Origin: a virus
Taxonomy: Duplodnaviria > Caudoviricetes
Length of the DNA: 54,077 nt
Virus record (IMG/VR): IMGVR_UViG_3300046095_000185
Location: 1-54,077 of that record
Strand: one strand, 5' to 3'
Of this stretch, positions 27,316 through 36,343 are shown piece after piece (position 1 is the first letter of the stretch; each line of letters opens with the position of its first letter). The translations under genes and the position numbers were made by a program. The notes under the pieces are model-generated. The model was not told the DNA's origin, did not search any database, and saw only the letters and a program-made list of their open reading frames with translations.

Positions 27316-27798
27316 CTAATAGTTTGCGAACTCTCCATGAAGTTCGATTGCAGCTTTTTTATATGCTTGGTGTGCCTGTTCGGGCGAATTGTAATATCCC
27401 AAATAAATTCGCTTCCCATTATGCCTGATTGATGCGAACCATTTCTTATCCCTCTTATGAAATGCTGCGCCTTTTAATCCTGTCTTACTATGTTTTGTTG
27501 CGCTTACATTGTATTGGTTCTCGCTTGGGGTTGCTAGTCGCAGGTTTTCTATTTTATTATTATCCTTTACTTCGTCAATGTGATCAATTTCATAACCTTT
27601 GGGAATGTCGCCATAATGAAACATCCATATTACACGATGCTCCATATGATATTTTTTGTAAAGCGTAAGCACTCTGTACCCGGACTCCCTCAATGTACCC
27701 ACCCTATCCCCAATGCGGATGCAGGGCGCAGTCTTTTTCTTCCAAAACAGCTTACCATCATAGTATTCAAAAACATCATTTAGCATTTCTTTTGTCAT
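27316..27798 (-). CDS. HNH-AP2 homing endonuclease (paralog of 20509-20997)
   Basis: EHRVIW, IDHID..K.NN.IENLRLAT, AP2-like C-terminus. Confidence 0.9.
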   Translation of the reverse strand: MTKEMLNDVFEYYDGKLFWKKKTAPCIRIGDRVGTLRESGYRVLTLYKKYHMEHRVIWMFHYGDIPKGYEIDHIDEVKDNNKIENLRLATPSENQYNVSATKHSKTGLKGAAFHKRDKKWFASIRHNGKRIYLGYYNSPEQAHQAYKKAAIELHGEFANY

Positions 27799-27807
27799 AT
27801 ACTATTT

Positions 27808-28131
27808 TTAAAGCCAGCGCATACGCACTTCAGAATAGAGAGCCGCGAATGTCATTCCAATTGGCATATATGCGATGCCCCAAAAACCAATAGACCAGCA
27901 GCCAAGTATCAATGAAAACCAACCGCAAAGGCAGGTTACGCAATTGAAGGGTTTAACCACACCCCACTTTAACACGTACACCCAAACGAATGCGCATGAG
28001 AATGCAAGAATTATTATCTCGATGCTGTTTAGGTGGATAGCCGGTAGATTAACGTATTTGAATAACATCACGATGCCGACTATAACAGCCAGCATGATGA
28101 TCCATTGTACAATTGCACCTAATATCTTCAT
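27808..28131 (-). CDS. Membrane protein with KPFNCxxC motif
   Basis: Three or four hydrophobic segments; CVTC. Confidence 0.65.
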   Translation of the reverse strand: MKILGAIVQWIIMLAVIVGIVMLFKYVNLPAIHLNSIEIIILAFSCAFVWVYVLKWGVVKPFNCVTCLCGWFSLILGCWSIGFWGIAYMPIGMTFAALYSEVRMRWL

Positions 28132-28640
28132 CGTAAAACCTTTTCTTTTATTATCTCAATTGATTTCTTAACGGTCTTGTATGCGCTGCTGTAGGGTATC
28201 ATCGTATCCTTTTCGATCGCCCGGTAGTTGCCATGCTTCATGTATAATCGAATGATACCCTTGTTGTACCAGTACAGGTTATCCACTTCCTTCAACGCCT
28301 TGTCCTCTATTTCTTCCCTGGTCAATCGCTCCTCGAAGTCTTGATCTTCGCCCGCCGTGAACCTGTCCACCAATTCGGCTACCTGCTGCCGGTATCGCTT
28401 ATAAAATAAACTGGTCTTTGACTGGATTAGGTTAAGTATTATCCGCACCGTGTAGAACTTCAAGCCGTTAGGGCCTGACTCATGTATGCTCACCAGCTTC
28501 CTTTCATCCGTCTCCAATAGTATCAATACTACCTCTGCCCGCAGGTCATCACGCAGATGCTCAGGCTCCATCTTAGCAATGCAATCGTTGAACTCCTTGC
28601 TATTATATAACTCGGTAACGATTTCATTTCTGGTCGCCAC
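28128..28640 (-). CDS. Sigma-70-like (region 2/4) transcription factor, candidate late sigma
   Basis: DDLRAEVVL.LLE, Y.VRI..N, C-terminal HTH YRAIEKDTMIPYSSAY.TVK. Confidence 0.6.
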   Translation of the reverse strand: MATRNEIVTELYNSKEFNDCIAKMEPEHLRDDLRAEVVLILLETDERKLVSIHESGPNGLKFYTVRIILNLIQSKTSLFYKRYRQQVAELVDRFTAGEDQDFEERLTREEIEDKALKEVDNLYWYNKGIIRLYMKHGNYRAIEKDTMIPYSSAYKTVKKSIEIIKEKVLR

Positions 28641-28641
28641 A

Positions 28642-28974
28642 CTATTTATTCAGGTTTAATGTGATATCGAATTTGGTTTCGATAGGTCCGCCGTCGGGGC
28701 CTGAAAGTTCGTGCCGTTCTTTTACCTTGCCATAGGCGCGCTCTAAAAGAACTTCGGCAGCTCTAACATCGCCTTTAGTTGCCTTAGCTCTTAGGGCCAT
28801 TAGAATAACTTGGGCTGCGGTTTTGCCATCCTTTTCCTCACCCAATACTTCAGCGAGCAATTCATCTATAGCAGGAATTTTTTTTGGCCTCCCTTTCGGG
28901 TTTCCTGATTGGCCTGGCTTAAATCGCGTGTGTTTTGGCGGCTTGTTTTTTCCTGTTTCTTCCCTGCTTTTCAT
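28642..28974 (-). CDS. terS: Terminase small subunit
   Basis: FKPGQSGNPKGRP, A.KGDVRAA..LL.RAYGK, ELSGPDGGPI. Confidence 0.75.
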   Translation of the reverse strand: MKSREETGKNKPPKHTRFKPGQSGNPKGRPKKIPAIDELLAEVLGEEKDGKTAAQVILMALRAKATKGDVRAAEVLLERAYGKVKERHELSGPDGGPIETKFDITLNLNK

Positions 28975-28995
28975 AATCTGATTTCTATTATTATA

Positions 28996-29802
28996 TTACC
29001 TTGAATTATTCAATGCCAAATAATCCATATCTATCTCATTATTAGATAGATATAAGCCTTCTGGCCTGAACTCTAAAAGGTCTTTTTTTATATAAAATTT
29101 TTTATTATACTTTCTCATTATTGCAACTGAATCAACCAGGAACTTGGGCCAATCGAATTTTTCTTCATGCTTTTTAAAGTGATTTAACTTACCGATTTTA
29201 TAAGCATCGACGTACGAATTGGTAATTTCCATGATTTCTAAAGACTGATCGGGGAATATTACCGGCTCCATACTCGCCCAGGTCCTGATACCGTTTTCGT
29301 GCAATACTTTTAATGCCTCAAATCGTTCTTCAGGTATTGCCGCGCCTTTCTCCCACTTAATGGAATCTTTTAAGCTACTGAATGTTAAAGATGCGCCAAC
29401 TTGGATATTATCACCGAATGCTTTGATTATATCGATGTCCTCAAGAATTCGCAATCCCCCTTTTGACAAAATCGATACTGGTATATTGTGATCAAGTAAT
29501 ATCTGCAATACCCTACCGGTAAGTTTTGTCTTGTGGTTGAAAGAACTGTACGGATCAGTAAGGAATGACAGGAAAACCTGCTTGTCTGAATTTCTGTATT
29601 TCCTGGCTGATGCGGTTACCTCTTTAATCAACGCGCTTTCTTCTTTAATATAAACATCCGAATGCACATACCCGGCATTAAACCGTTTCATCATCTTTGG
29701 TACATAACAATAGACACACCCATGATCACATCCTTTTATGTAATTAAGAGCTAATGGGGAGTACTCTCTTGCTGCGCCTTTCGGCTCGTAAATTGCTGAC
29801 AT
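28996..29802 (-). CDS. Radical SAM protein (spore photoproduct lyase-like family)
   Basis: GCDHGCVYCY (CxxxCxxC), TDPY, ILSK, SMEPV. Confidence 0.85.
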   Translation of the reverse strand: MSAIYEPKGAAREYSPLALNYIKGCDHGCVYCYVPKMMKRFNAGYVHSDVYIKEESALIKEVTASARKYRNSDKQVFLSFLTDPYSSFNHKTKLTGRVLQILLDHNIPVSILSKGGLRILEDIDIIKAFGDNIQVGASLTFSSLKDSIKWEKGAAIPEERFEALKVLHENGIRTWASMEPVIFPDQSLEIMEITNSYVDAYKIGKLNHFKKHEEKFDWPKFLVDSVAIMRKYNKKFYIKKDLLEFRPEGLYLSNNEIDMDYLALNNSR

Positions 29803-29814
29803 AATAATATTGTT

Positions 29815-30939
29815 TTAGTCATCCAATTTACTGACTTCCAGCGACTTGTGCAAATAATTATCCCCATTTCTTTTTATCTCGGTTTCTGGATATTTCTTTA
29901 AGAAACGATCGACAATAGCATAACAATACTTAGGCTCCAATTCTTGCATGTAACACCTTCTATTAAGTTGTTCGCACGCCATCATAGTACTACCCGAGTG
30001 ACCAAATAGATCAAGGACAATGTTTCCTGTATCCGTGTAATGCTGAATGAACGTTGCTGGTAATTCGATTTTTTTAGCCATAGGCATCTCTTTTCTACCA
30101 GCCCTGTCTGTAGCAACCTGAATGAGCGTAGAAAAGCCGTCATTCAGGTTATTGATTTTACGGGTACCGAATTTTACTATAAGGGTATGCCGCTGCATTG
30201 ACCTGGTATTGGAAATAAGGTTTGGAATTCTGAAATCATGCACGTAGAAATGGCTGAACCTCTCATAATCGTTTGCGGCCAACCGGACTGCTTGCTTGTC
30301 TCCACAAATCCAAAAACCAAAACCTTTTGAATGAATAATCGAATTTGAGTATGCTTGCCTTAATAGCTCCCATGACATAGAGAAATCCGGATCAGTAAAC
30401 ACCATATCCGCAATCGCTCCATCCATTAACTTCTCCGTCTGGTCGGCATCCGTACTGTCTCCGCATAATAGTCGATGATTGCCTATCTGGAATAAATCAC
30501 CAAGTGCAATATCCGTGACAATACTGTCGGCGAAATCATACTCATCTTCCTCGATCTCTTCTTTTGCGGGTTCAAAATCTGGGAGGTCCAGCCCCCAACT
30601 TTCAAGCTGGTTTGCTTCCCAGTCATCTGTAAGCGTTTCCCAATCCCATTCCCCGTAGCCGATGTTATCTTTAATTATAAATTCTCTTTTTTGATCTTCT
30701 GTTAATTCGTCTGCCTTCTTTACCCACGCATCGGGGATTTCGTCATAGCCAATTTCTTCAAGTGCTTTCAGGCGCATATTACCGCCTAATGTTGTGTTGT
30801 TTTCATCAATAACCATTGGCCGTAATTCCAACATCTTCGGAAAATCCTTTATAGATTGAACTAGTTTTTTAAACTTTTCATCTTTAATCACCCGTGGGTT
30901 CCTTGGGTTTGGCTTTATTTCCGATAGTTTTATAGGCAT
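29815..30939 (-). CDS. ParB-N domain fused to a beta-class amino-DNA-methyltransferase-like domain
   Basis: PNPRNPR.I...GGNMRL; HRLLCGDST; VFTDPDF (motif IV variant); VLDLFGHSGST (motif I); ELEPKYC. Confidence 0.8.
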   Translation of the reverse strand: MPIKLSEIKPNPRNPRVIKDEKFKKLVQSIKDFPKMLELRPMVIDENNTTLGGNMRLKALEEIGYDEIPDAWVKKADELTEDQKREFIIKDNIGYGEWDWETLTDDWEANQLESWGLDLPDFEPAKEEIEEDEYDFADSIVTDIALGDLFQIGNHRLLCGDSTDADQTEKLMDGAIADMVFTDPDFSMSWELLRQAYSNSIIHSKGFGFWICGDKQAVRLAANDYERFSHFYVHDFRIPNLISNTRSMQRHTLIVKFGTRKINNLNDGFSTLIQVATDRAGRKEMPMAKKIELPATFIQHYTDTGNIVLDLFGHSGSTMMACEQLNRRCYMQELEPKYCYAIVDRFLKKYPETEIKRNGDNYLHKSLEVSKLDD

Positions 30940-30966
30940 AAAAAAACCGCAACCGATTGATTGCGG
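30940..30966 (-). terminator. Intrinsic terminator at the middle/late gene boundary
   Basis: CCGCAA...TTGCGG stem followed by T7 on the minus strand. Confidence 0.6.
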
Positions 30967-31006
30967 AATAAAGTTATGTCTATGTTTCGTTTAGTGGCTC
31001 CTATCT

Positions 31007-31246
31007 TTAGATAGTTTCACGTGGAGCGAGGGTGTCCAGTAGTGCCAGTTGTACCCGGTTCTTGCAATTGTACTTTCGCAATAGGCGGTGAATGCGATCT
31101 TTAACAGCGACTTCCGAAATATGGATCTCATCTGCAATTTCCTTATTTGCCTTGCCTTCTCGTATCAACTCGATTATATATTTCTCATCAGTTTGGTTTC
31201 TCATCAGTTTTGGTTTTATTTTAATTTCTCCCACATCTTCCTCCAC
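31007..31246 (-). CDS. LuxR/GerE-type HTH regulator
   Basis: GKANKEIADEIHISE.AVK.RI..L.RK....NRVQL. Confidence 0.85.
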   Translation of the reverse strand: MEEDVGEIKIKPKLMRNQTDEKYIIELIREGKANKEIADEIHISEVAVKDRIHRLLRKYNCKNRVQLALLDTLAPRETI

Positions 31247-31259
31247 CCCTCTTTAGTGA

Positions 31260-31598
31260 TTACCGCATAGCCGTTGATGTTTCATCCAACCATTCGTGCT
31301 GAAGTACAATATCGCATTTAAACAGGTCAGCCAATTGATTTGCGGTCATATATCTTACCATGTAATTGCCGCCTATGGTCTGCCATTTAACAATAAATAA
31401 CCTGGGTGGCGTGGTAGCTACAGGCAGCCGGCTTGACGCCTGCACCCATTCCGCACCTTGTTGTTTAATTGATGGTACATACATTTCACGCACATTACAA
31501 TGGCTTTCCCCATCATGTGAGGTGTAGCTTCCTACTGCCCTCTGGTCATTTTCTGCGCATGGAGTAAAGACAAGTTCGTACGGGTATTTCTTTTCCAT
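31260..31598 (-). CDS. Hypothetical protein
   Basis: Packed ORF; WV.AS.RLP motif common in phage accessory proteins. Confidence 0.65.
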   Translation of the reverse strand: MEKKYPYELVFTPCAENDQRAVGSYTSHDGESHCNVREMYVPSIKQQGAEWVQASSRLPVATTPPRLFIVKWQTIGGNYMVRYMTANQLADLFKCDIVLQHEWLDETSTAMR

Positions 31599-31601
31599 TA
31601 T

Positions 31602-31829
31602 TTATTGGTTAATTATTACTTGATACATTTGCATCCGTATTACTACTGCCCATTCTGGCACTTCGAAAACGTCAGACAGCTCCTTTATTCTTTTTTCTTC
31701 AATAAGGCTTAATCTTTTTTCAACCTCAACTTTAAATATTTCAAATGGCATAAGTAAAGCACAGGCAAAAGCATTAGCCTCTTCCTCCTGCTTCAATTCT
31801 TTTTTGCTGTACCACTTGTTCATACTCAT
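31602..31829 (-). CDS. C-terminal portion of an ImmA/IrrE-family protein (no HExxH)
   Basis: EEEANAFACALLMP...LS..F.V...AV.IR. Confidence 0.65.
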   Translation of the reverse strand: MSMNKWYSKKELKQEEEANAFACALLMPFEIFKVEVEKRLSLIEEKRIKELSDVFEVPEWAVVIRMQMYQVIINQ

Positions 31830-32134
31830 TCTCCATCTTTTAACTGGTTAGTGGTTTTTTGTAGCCTATCAATTTCGGCTGCTATTAAAGCCCCGGCCTT
31901 TACTAACTCCCTAACCCTATCATCCGATGGCTTCCATGCTCTGGAATCCCAGGGGAACAAGTGAGTCCTCTTGAACCCTTTCACTTTATTTGCTTCAGGC
32001 GGGCACGCATATGCTGCTGCCGCAAAAGCCAATTGCCCATAATCATTTTGTTCTTTATCATGTGTTGCCGTGTACCCTTCTTCGTCTATCTGGCGCTTTC
32101 TTTCTTCGGCAATTAATTCGATTCCTGTTTTCAT
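31826..32134 (-). CDS. Conserved phage helical protein (ER.RQ...G....HD / RELVKAGALIAAEIDRL)
   Basis: Recognisable, widespread phage motif; function uncertain. Confidence 0.7.
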   Translation of the reverse strand: MKTGIELIAEERKRQIDEEGYTATHDKEQNDYGQLAFAAAAYACPPEANKVKGFKRTHLFPWDSRAWKPSDDRVRELVKAGALIAAEIDRLQKTTNQLKDGE

Positions 32135-32185
32135 TTTCTATCTTTTAAAAAATCATTAATAGTTTTTTCTTCATCGTACTCTCGG

Positions 32186-32386
32186 CTACCTGATTTGTAG
32201 CCGACCATAAATCCAATGCAATAAATAATAGCTAACATCAGTAATTGCTATCGCAGCCATGAATCCCTGCATAAAATGCTGATTTTGCTTTTGATACTCA
32301 ACGGTATTTTTTTTCCTTTTGCCGGTTTTCGCATAATCATTAGCGAGTTTTTCGCCGTACTTAATTATATTTTCAAGTTCTTTCAT
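32186..32386 (-). CDS. Hypothetical protein
   Basis: ORF with an AT-rich leader, in operon orientation. Confidence 0.55.
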   Translation of the reverse strand: MKELENIIKYGEKLANDYAKTGKRKKNTVEYQKQNQHFMQGFMAAIAITDVSYYLLHWIYGRLQIR

Positions 32387-32453
32387 AAAATCAGGTTTAA
32401 AGTTGCCCCAGACTGGAAAGCCGGGGCGTTACATTATGATCTAGTTTTCCAAC

Positions 32454-32945
32454 TTATTTCATAACTACCTCCTTTTTTAAGATCATGCGAATATTTTTTA
32501 GACCGGTACATAACTGATTTCTTATTGATGAATCACTTAATCCCAATAGTTTCGAAATCTTACGGGGCTCGATACCTTCGATATATTTCATCCTGATAAG
32601 TCTTTTTTGCTGTGCAGGTAACCGGTCTATGATCTTTTCAATGTCTTTAAAATAAATCCTTTCTTCTACACGATCCTCATGCGTGCCTTCATAATCGGTT
32701 AATGAATATTTATCAACCATGTATGATCGATGCCTTATGAAATCTACGCAGGCGTTACGTGTGATTGTCTTTATGTAAGTTAAGATTGATTCCATTCGAA
32801 TCGATCCGTGTTGTTTCCATAGTTTTAAAAATACGGCGTTAGTTATATCTTCTGCATCCTGGTAATGATGCAACCTGCTTCTACAGTAATTGAACACCGC
32901 CTGCCTGTATTGTTGAACAGTTAAAATGAATTCATCTGGGCTCAT
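32454..32945 (-). CDS. ECF-type RNA polymerase sigma factor
   Basis: DAEDI...VFLKLW, Y...I.RN.C.D..R, LP.QQK.LI.MKY.EG....IS..LG.S.SSI.NQL. Confidence 0.85.
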   Translation of the reverse strand: MSPDEFILTVQQYRQAVFNYCRSRLHHYQDAEDITNAVFLKLWKQHGSIRMESILTYIKTITRNACVDFIRHRSYMVDKYSLTDYEGTHEDRVEERIYFKDIEKIIDRLPAQQKRLIRMKYIEGIEPRKISKLLGLSDSSIRNQLCTGLKNIRMILKKEVVMK

Positions 32946-32972
32946 GTGATAAGGTTTAAGTGTGATTTAATT

Positions 32973-33458
32973 TTATTTCATCAGTGCGAACAATTTATTT
33001 AGTGCATACCTTTTAATCGACCTTATTGTTGCCGCTGGCTTGTGTAACAAATGCCCGATCTCGATACAGGTTTTCTCTTGCATGTAGTACAGATCAATTA
33101 CCTGCTTTGATTCGGATGGTAGCTTTTCCATAGCAGCGGTTAATAATTTCAGCACATTGGCTTCCAGCATTTCATATGGGATATCTTCCGGTAGTGGTAT
33201 TCTGTTGATCGTTGCGTGTCGTTCCAGCGATCTCAAATGATCAATACAGCTATTTTTCACAGCGACATAAAGCATGTGCCGGACATTCTTATCATCACAA
33301 CTGCGATCAGTGAACTTTATAAAAGAATCGATAACTACATCCTCTGCGGCCTGCCTGTCGTGAATAAACTTTAAGGCATAATACACAAGCTCCTGGTGAT
33401 ATAGTAGGTATAACTCTTTCACTGATCTTCTTTTTTTACGGACCTTAAACATCCCCAA
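32973..33458 (-). CDS. ECF-type RNA polymerase sigma factor
   Basis: AAEDVV.D.F.K, LY.AVKNSC.DHLR, LP...KQV..L.Y......EI...L.....TI...K..A; true start may be downstream. Confidence 0.85.
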   Translation of the reverse strand: MGMFKVRKKRRSVKELYLLYHQELVYYALKFIHDRQAAEDVVIDSFIKFTDRSCDDKNVRHMLYVAVKNSCIDHLRSLERHATINRIPLPEDIPYEMLEANVLKLLTAAMEKLPSESKQVIDLYYMQEKTCIEIGHLLHKPAATIRSIKRYALNKLFALMK

Positions 33459-33736
33459 ACTTTCACCGGCAACTTAATCACCCTCCTACGGCTATCCAGA
33501 TGACCGGTACACCAGCCGTTTTGTTGGATGCAGAAACCATCAATCGAGTGACAGAAGGCCGGGGTTTTGGACGTAATGAGTAATGTGGAACGCAGGGTGT
33601 CAATGTTGGACTGCATCTTAATATCCAGCCTCAGCGTATCAGGGGCGCCGTTGTTGCCCCGGAATATCTTGTGGGTTGGCTGCGCTATCCCATCGAGGGA
33701 GCCGCTGAATATCCAGATGAGAAATAGTTTTTTCAT
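33419..33736 (-). CDS. Putative exported protein
   Basis: MKKLFLIWIF...AQ signal-like N-terminus; two DTL sequons. Confidence 0.55.
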   Translation of the reverse strand: MKKLFLIWIFSGSLDGIAQPTHKIFRGNNGAPDTLRLDIKMQSNIDTLRSTLLITSKTPAFCHSIDGFCIQQNGWCTGHLDSRRRVIKLPVKVWGCLRSVKKEDQ

Positions 33737-33746
33737 TGTTTTTATT

Positions 33747-34424
33747 TTAAAATGGTAAATCTTCTGGTTGATAATCTAATGCAGGCTGAGATGGCGGTGG
33801 CTGATATTTAGTTTTTCTCATAAAAGGGATTGCCTTCCGGCCATACCTGATGATATGAGCAATATTGTTCGGCCAATTTCGGGGGCGCAACCACCAATAC
33901 CTGGAACATCGCCAACCGCGACCAATGGATTTATACCAGCGCTTCCAATATCCTTTCCAGTCGTATAACAGAAAAAGAATAGTCCGCGCATTCTTGCCGA
34001 ATTTAGTCCGCTTGTGGTCGATATAACCCTGGATTACTTCCGGACCTAAATTTAACCTGAGGTCTTCGGGCATATAATCACTCTGTATGTAAGGGTTTTT
34101 AGACTGCAATTTTCGTTCGATTGGCTTATGGAAAATACACCGTCCGAATCGGATGCGCTGCAGCAATACCCAAGCAGGAGATTTATACCAACCTCCCCAA
34201 CAGTGATAACAGTCGGCGGTATTATAATAATGTCCATAACCATATCTATAATGAAAGCCTTTACCACCGCAGGAACGGCATTTTTTACCCTCAATAAATT
34301 GCACATCATGCCCAACTACTTTACCGTACTTGGTAAGGATCCTGTTCTTTATTCGGTAGAATTCTTCCGATCGATATTCCCGGTTTGCGTGGTGAAGCAG
34401 GTATGCAAGAATGAGTTTGATCAT
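33747..34424 (-). CDS. Hypothetical protein with DnaJ-like zinc-finger motifs
   Basis: CRSCGGKG and CYHC.GG; start placed at MIKL. Confidence 0.65.
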   Translation of the reverse strand: MIKLILAYLLHHANREYRSEEFYRIKNRILTKYGKVVGHDVQFIEGKKCRSCGGKGFHYRYGYGHYYNTADCYHCWGGWYKSPAWVLLQRIRFGRCIFHKPIERKLQSKNPYIQSDYMPEDLRLNLGPEVIQGYIDHKRTKFGKNARTILFLLYDWKGYWKRWYKSIGRGWRCSRYWWLRPRNWPNNIAHIIRYGRKAIPFMRKTKYQPPPSQPALDYQPEDLPF

Positions 34425-34525
34425 TGTTCTTGTTTTGTTTAAAAATAGGCCCCAGAATTCCCATACCGGGGCCTCCAAGCGCATAGATTAGATTAAAATA
34501 TTAACTCATGGCTTAACCTCCTTTT

Positions 34526-34789
34526 TTAAATATTCATGTTTAAGTACTTATTAATAATTTCCTCCCTGCTTATATTGCTGTATTGTGTAACTTTCTTTAT
34601 CGGCTCACCTTCAGGTATAGTACTCTTTGCCTCTTGTCTATATTTTTTATAGCCTTTTCGGAAGCAATAGCCCCGAACGGTGTGAACCGATATTTTTAAC
34701 TCATCGGCAATCTGCTTATGTGTTTTATTAAGATAATTTTCTTTGATGAATTCTTTATGTTCATCGGATATGGTTAGTTTCTTTTTCAT
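34526..34789 (-). CDS. HTH DNA-binding protein
   Basis: FIKENY...THKQIADELKIS.HTV. Confidence 0.7.
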   Translation of the reverse strand: MKKKLTISDEHKEFIKENYLNKTHKQIADELKISVHTVRGYCFRKGYKKYRQEAKSTIPEGEPIKKVTQYSNISREEIINKYLNMNI

Positions 34790-34792
34790 TTA

Positions 34793-34981
34793 TTATTCTT
34801 TATAATGTTCAAGTAATTCTTTCTTAACCTCGTTCGCCCGCTTCATACTTTTGATATCTTCTTTCTGCTTGTAATCAATCGCCATCCATACGCCCAGGTA
34901 AAATTTTGAAACAATTAAATAATAGTTCCAGCCGTCAGGGCATTTACTTCGGGTGATTTCAACCATTACTTTTTCTTCCAT
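34793..34981 (-). CDS. Hypothetical protein
   Basis: Packed ORF in operon. Confidence 0.6.
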   Translation of the reverse strand: MEEKVMVEITRSKCPDGWNYYLIVSKFYLGVWMAIDYKQKEDIKSMKRANEVKKELLEHYKE

Positions 34982-35277
34982 AAACTGTTATTTTGATTTT
35001 TCATAATGCTTTGTTCGTTCTCAATGATCTGCAGCAAAAACTTTTCGTATTCTTCCGGATCCACATCGGCCGGCTGGATCCTGGCCGGCATGATAAAACA
35101 GAATGTATGCGGGCTATAGATAACCAGCCCCACCTCTGCCTTACACTTTTCAATGATCTGGGCCCAAAGGCGTTCCTTTTCTTCGATTCCTACAAGGCAA
35201 TAGGGCTCGTGGTAATCGGCACGATCAAATTCCCAGGTACGGTACAACTGGCCGTGTATGTATAGCTCTACAAGCAT
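34966..35277 (-). CDS. Hypothetical protein
   Basis: Packed ORF with TAATG overlap. Confidence 0.65.
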   Translation of the reverse strand: MLVELYIHGQLYRTWEFDRADYHEPYCLVGIEEKERLWAQIIEKCKAEVGLVIYSPHTFCFIMPARIQPADVDPEEYEKFLLQIIENEQSIMKNQNNSLWKKK

Positions 35278-35741
35278 TAGTATCCGTATACAAGCATGGC
35301 GGCATCCCGGGCATGTTCAGAAGTGGAGCCGTTATACTTTGTTAATTTTTTAAAGTAATCAGCAGCCACCTTTGTCTTGTTGTTTTTCGGCGCCACCATT
35401 TCAAATGGAACATTTAACCACTGCAGATAATCTTCCCAAATAATAGCATCTCGTTTTACACTGCCAGCCCCCTCTCGCTTACCGCGTTCTGCTTTTTCAT
35501 CCTTTTGCCAGGGTATCCAGGTCCGCTTTCGCGCATCTTCGACCCGAACAAACACATCACCGGGATTGGATTGATGCCAAAACTTTACGCCTTCCATAGC
35601 CTCGTGTATCCTAACAGTAGCAATGTGGCGTATGCATTTATCTTCCCGGTTCCATACGCACATGCCGGTGTTTACCCCGCAATCGATGCCTATGAGGTAG
35701 TTGTAGTTAGTGAGCGGTATGGGGCGGGTGGTGGTTTTCAT
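35277..35741 (-). CDS. RuvC-like Holliday junction resolvase
   Basis: IGIDCG..TG, VRVED, H.RDAAML acidic triad. Confidence 0.75.
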   Translation of the reverse strand: MKTTTRPIPLTNYNYLIGIDCGVNTGMCVWNREDKCIRHIATVRIHEAMEGVKFWHQSNPGDVFVRVEDARKRTWIPWQKDEKAERGKREGAGSVKRDAIIWEDYLQWLNVPFEMVAPKNNKTKVAADYFKKLTKYNGSTSEHARDAAMLVYGY

Positions 35742-36343
35742 AATGTTTCAAGATTTACTGATGCCGGCCTACACTGAATCGCAACTGCTATCAACCATTT
35801 TGCTAATTCAATCGGCGTCTGCTCACGTTCTGCTCTTGTGATTTCTTTCTTAACACCTGGTCGCCGTCCAAACTTGTTTTTTTTATTTACGTTTACGCAA
35901 TGCGTAACCGCATCAAACCGCATTGGAATTGGTGGCAAATCGCCTTGACAGCAACCGCAGATGTACAAAAGCGTTCGTTTCTGCGCCTTGTGCCAGAACC
36001 AGAATTGATCTATGCAAATACTAAAGCCGCCGTATTCATCGTATAGCCCAGGCATTGGTAAGTTTAATTCAGGCCATAACCGGCTTGCTGCCGGGTGTTC
36101 CAATACGCCGCCCCACTGCCTGATCCATTCAATTGATTTTATAGCCAATTCTTTTTCCCCTGGTCTTGGATTGGCAGACCATGAGAACTTACCCCATGCC
36201 CTACAAGGAGGGTGTGCAATGATAGGATTACCCCCAGGCCATTGTATTGCATCACGTTCAATGTCCCAGCAATCAATCCCAAGCGTTTTATAAACGCTAT
36301 CGCTGCGAACGAACAAGACTGATATAGTTGGATCTATTTTCAA
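35738..36343 (-). CDS. Short C5-cytosine methyltransferase-like protein
   Basis: IAHPPC (motif IV), VLEHP (VI), Q..F.H...KRT.LY (VIII), RE.TP (X); no FxGxG. Confidence 0.6.
   Translation of the reverse strand: MKIDPTISVLFVRSDSVYKTLGIDCWDIERDAIQWPGGNPIIAHPPCRAWGKFSWSANPRPGEKELAIKSIEWIRQWGGVLEHPAASRLWPELNLPMPGLYDEYGGFSICIDQFWFWHKAQKRTLLYICGCCQGDLPPIPMRFDAVTHCVNVNKKNKFGRRPGVKKEITRAEREQTPIELAKWLIAVAIQCRPASVNLETL

Noticed and set aside
29815-30939. Plasmid-prophage partition system
   Set aside because: The ParB-N domain is fused to a methyltransferase; no ParA or parS array seen
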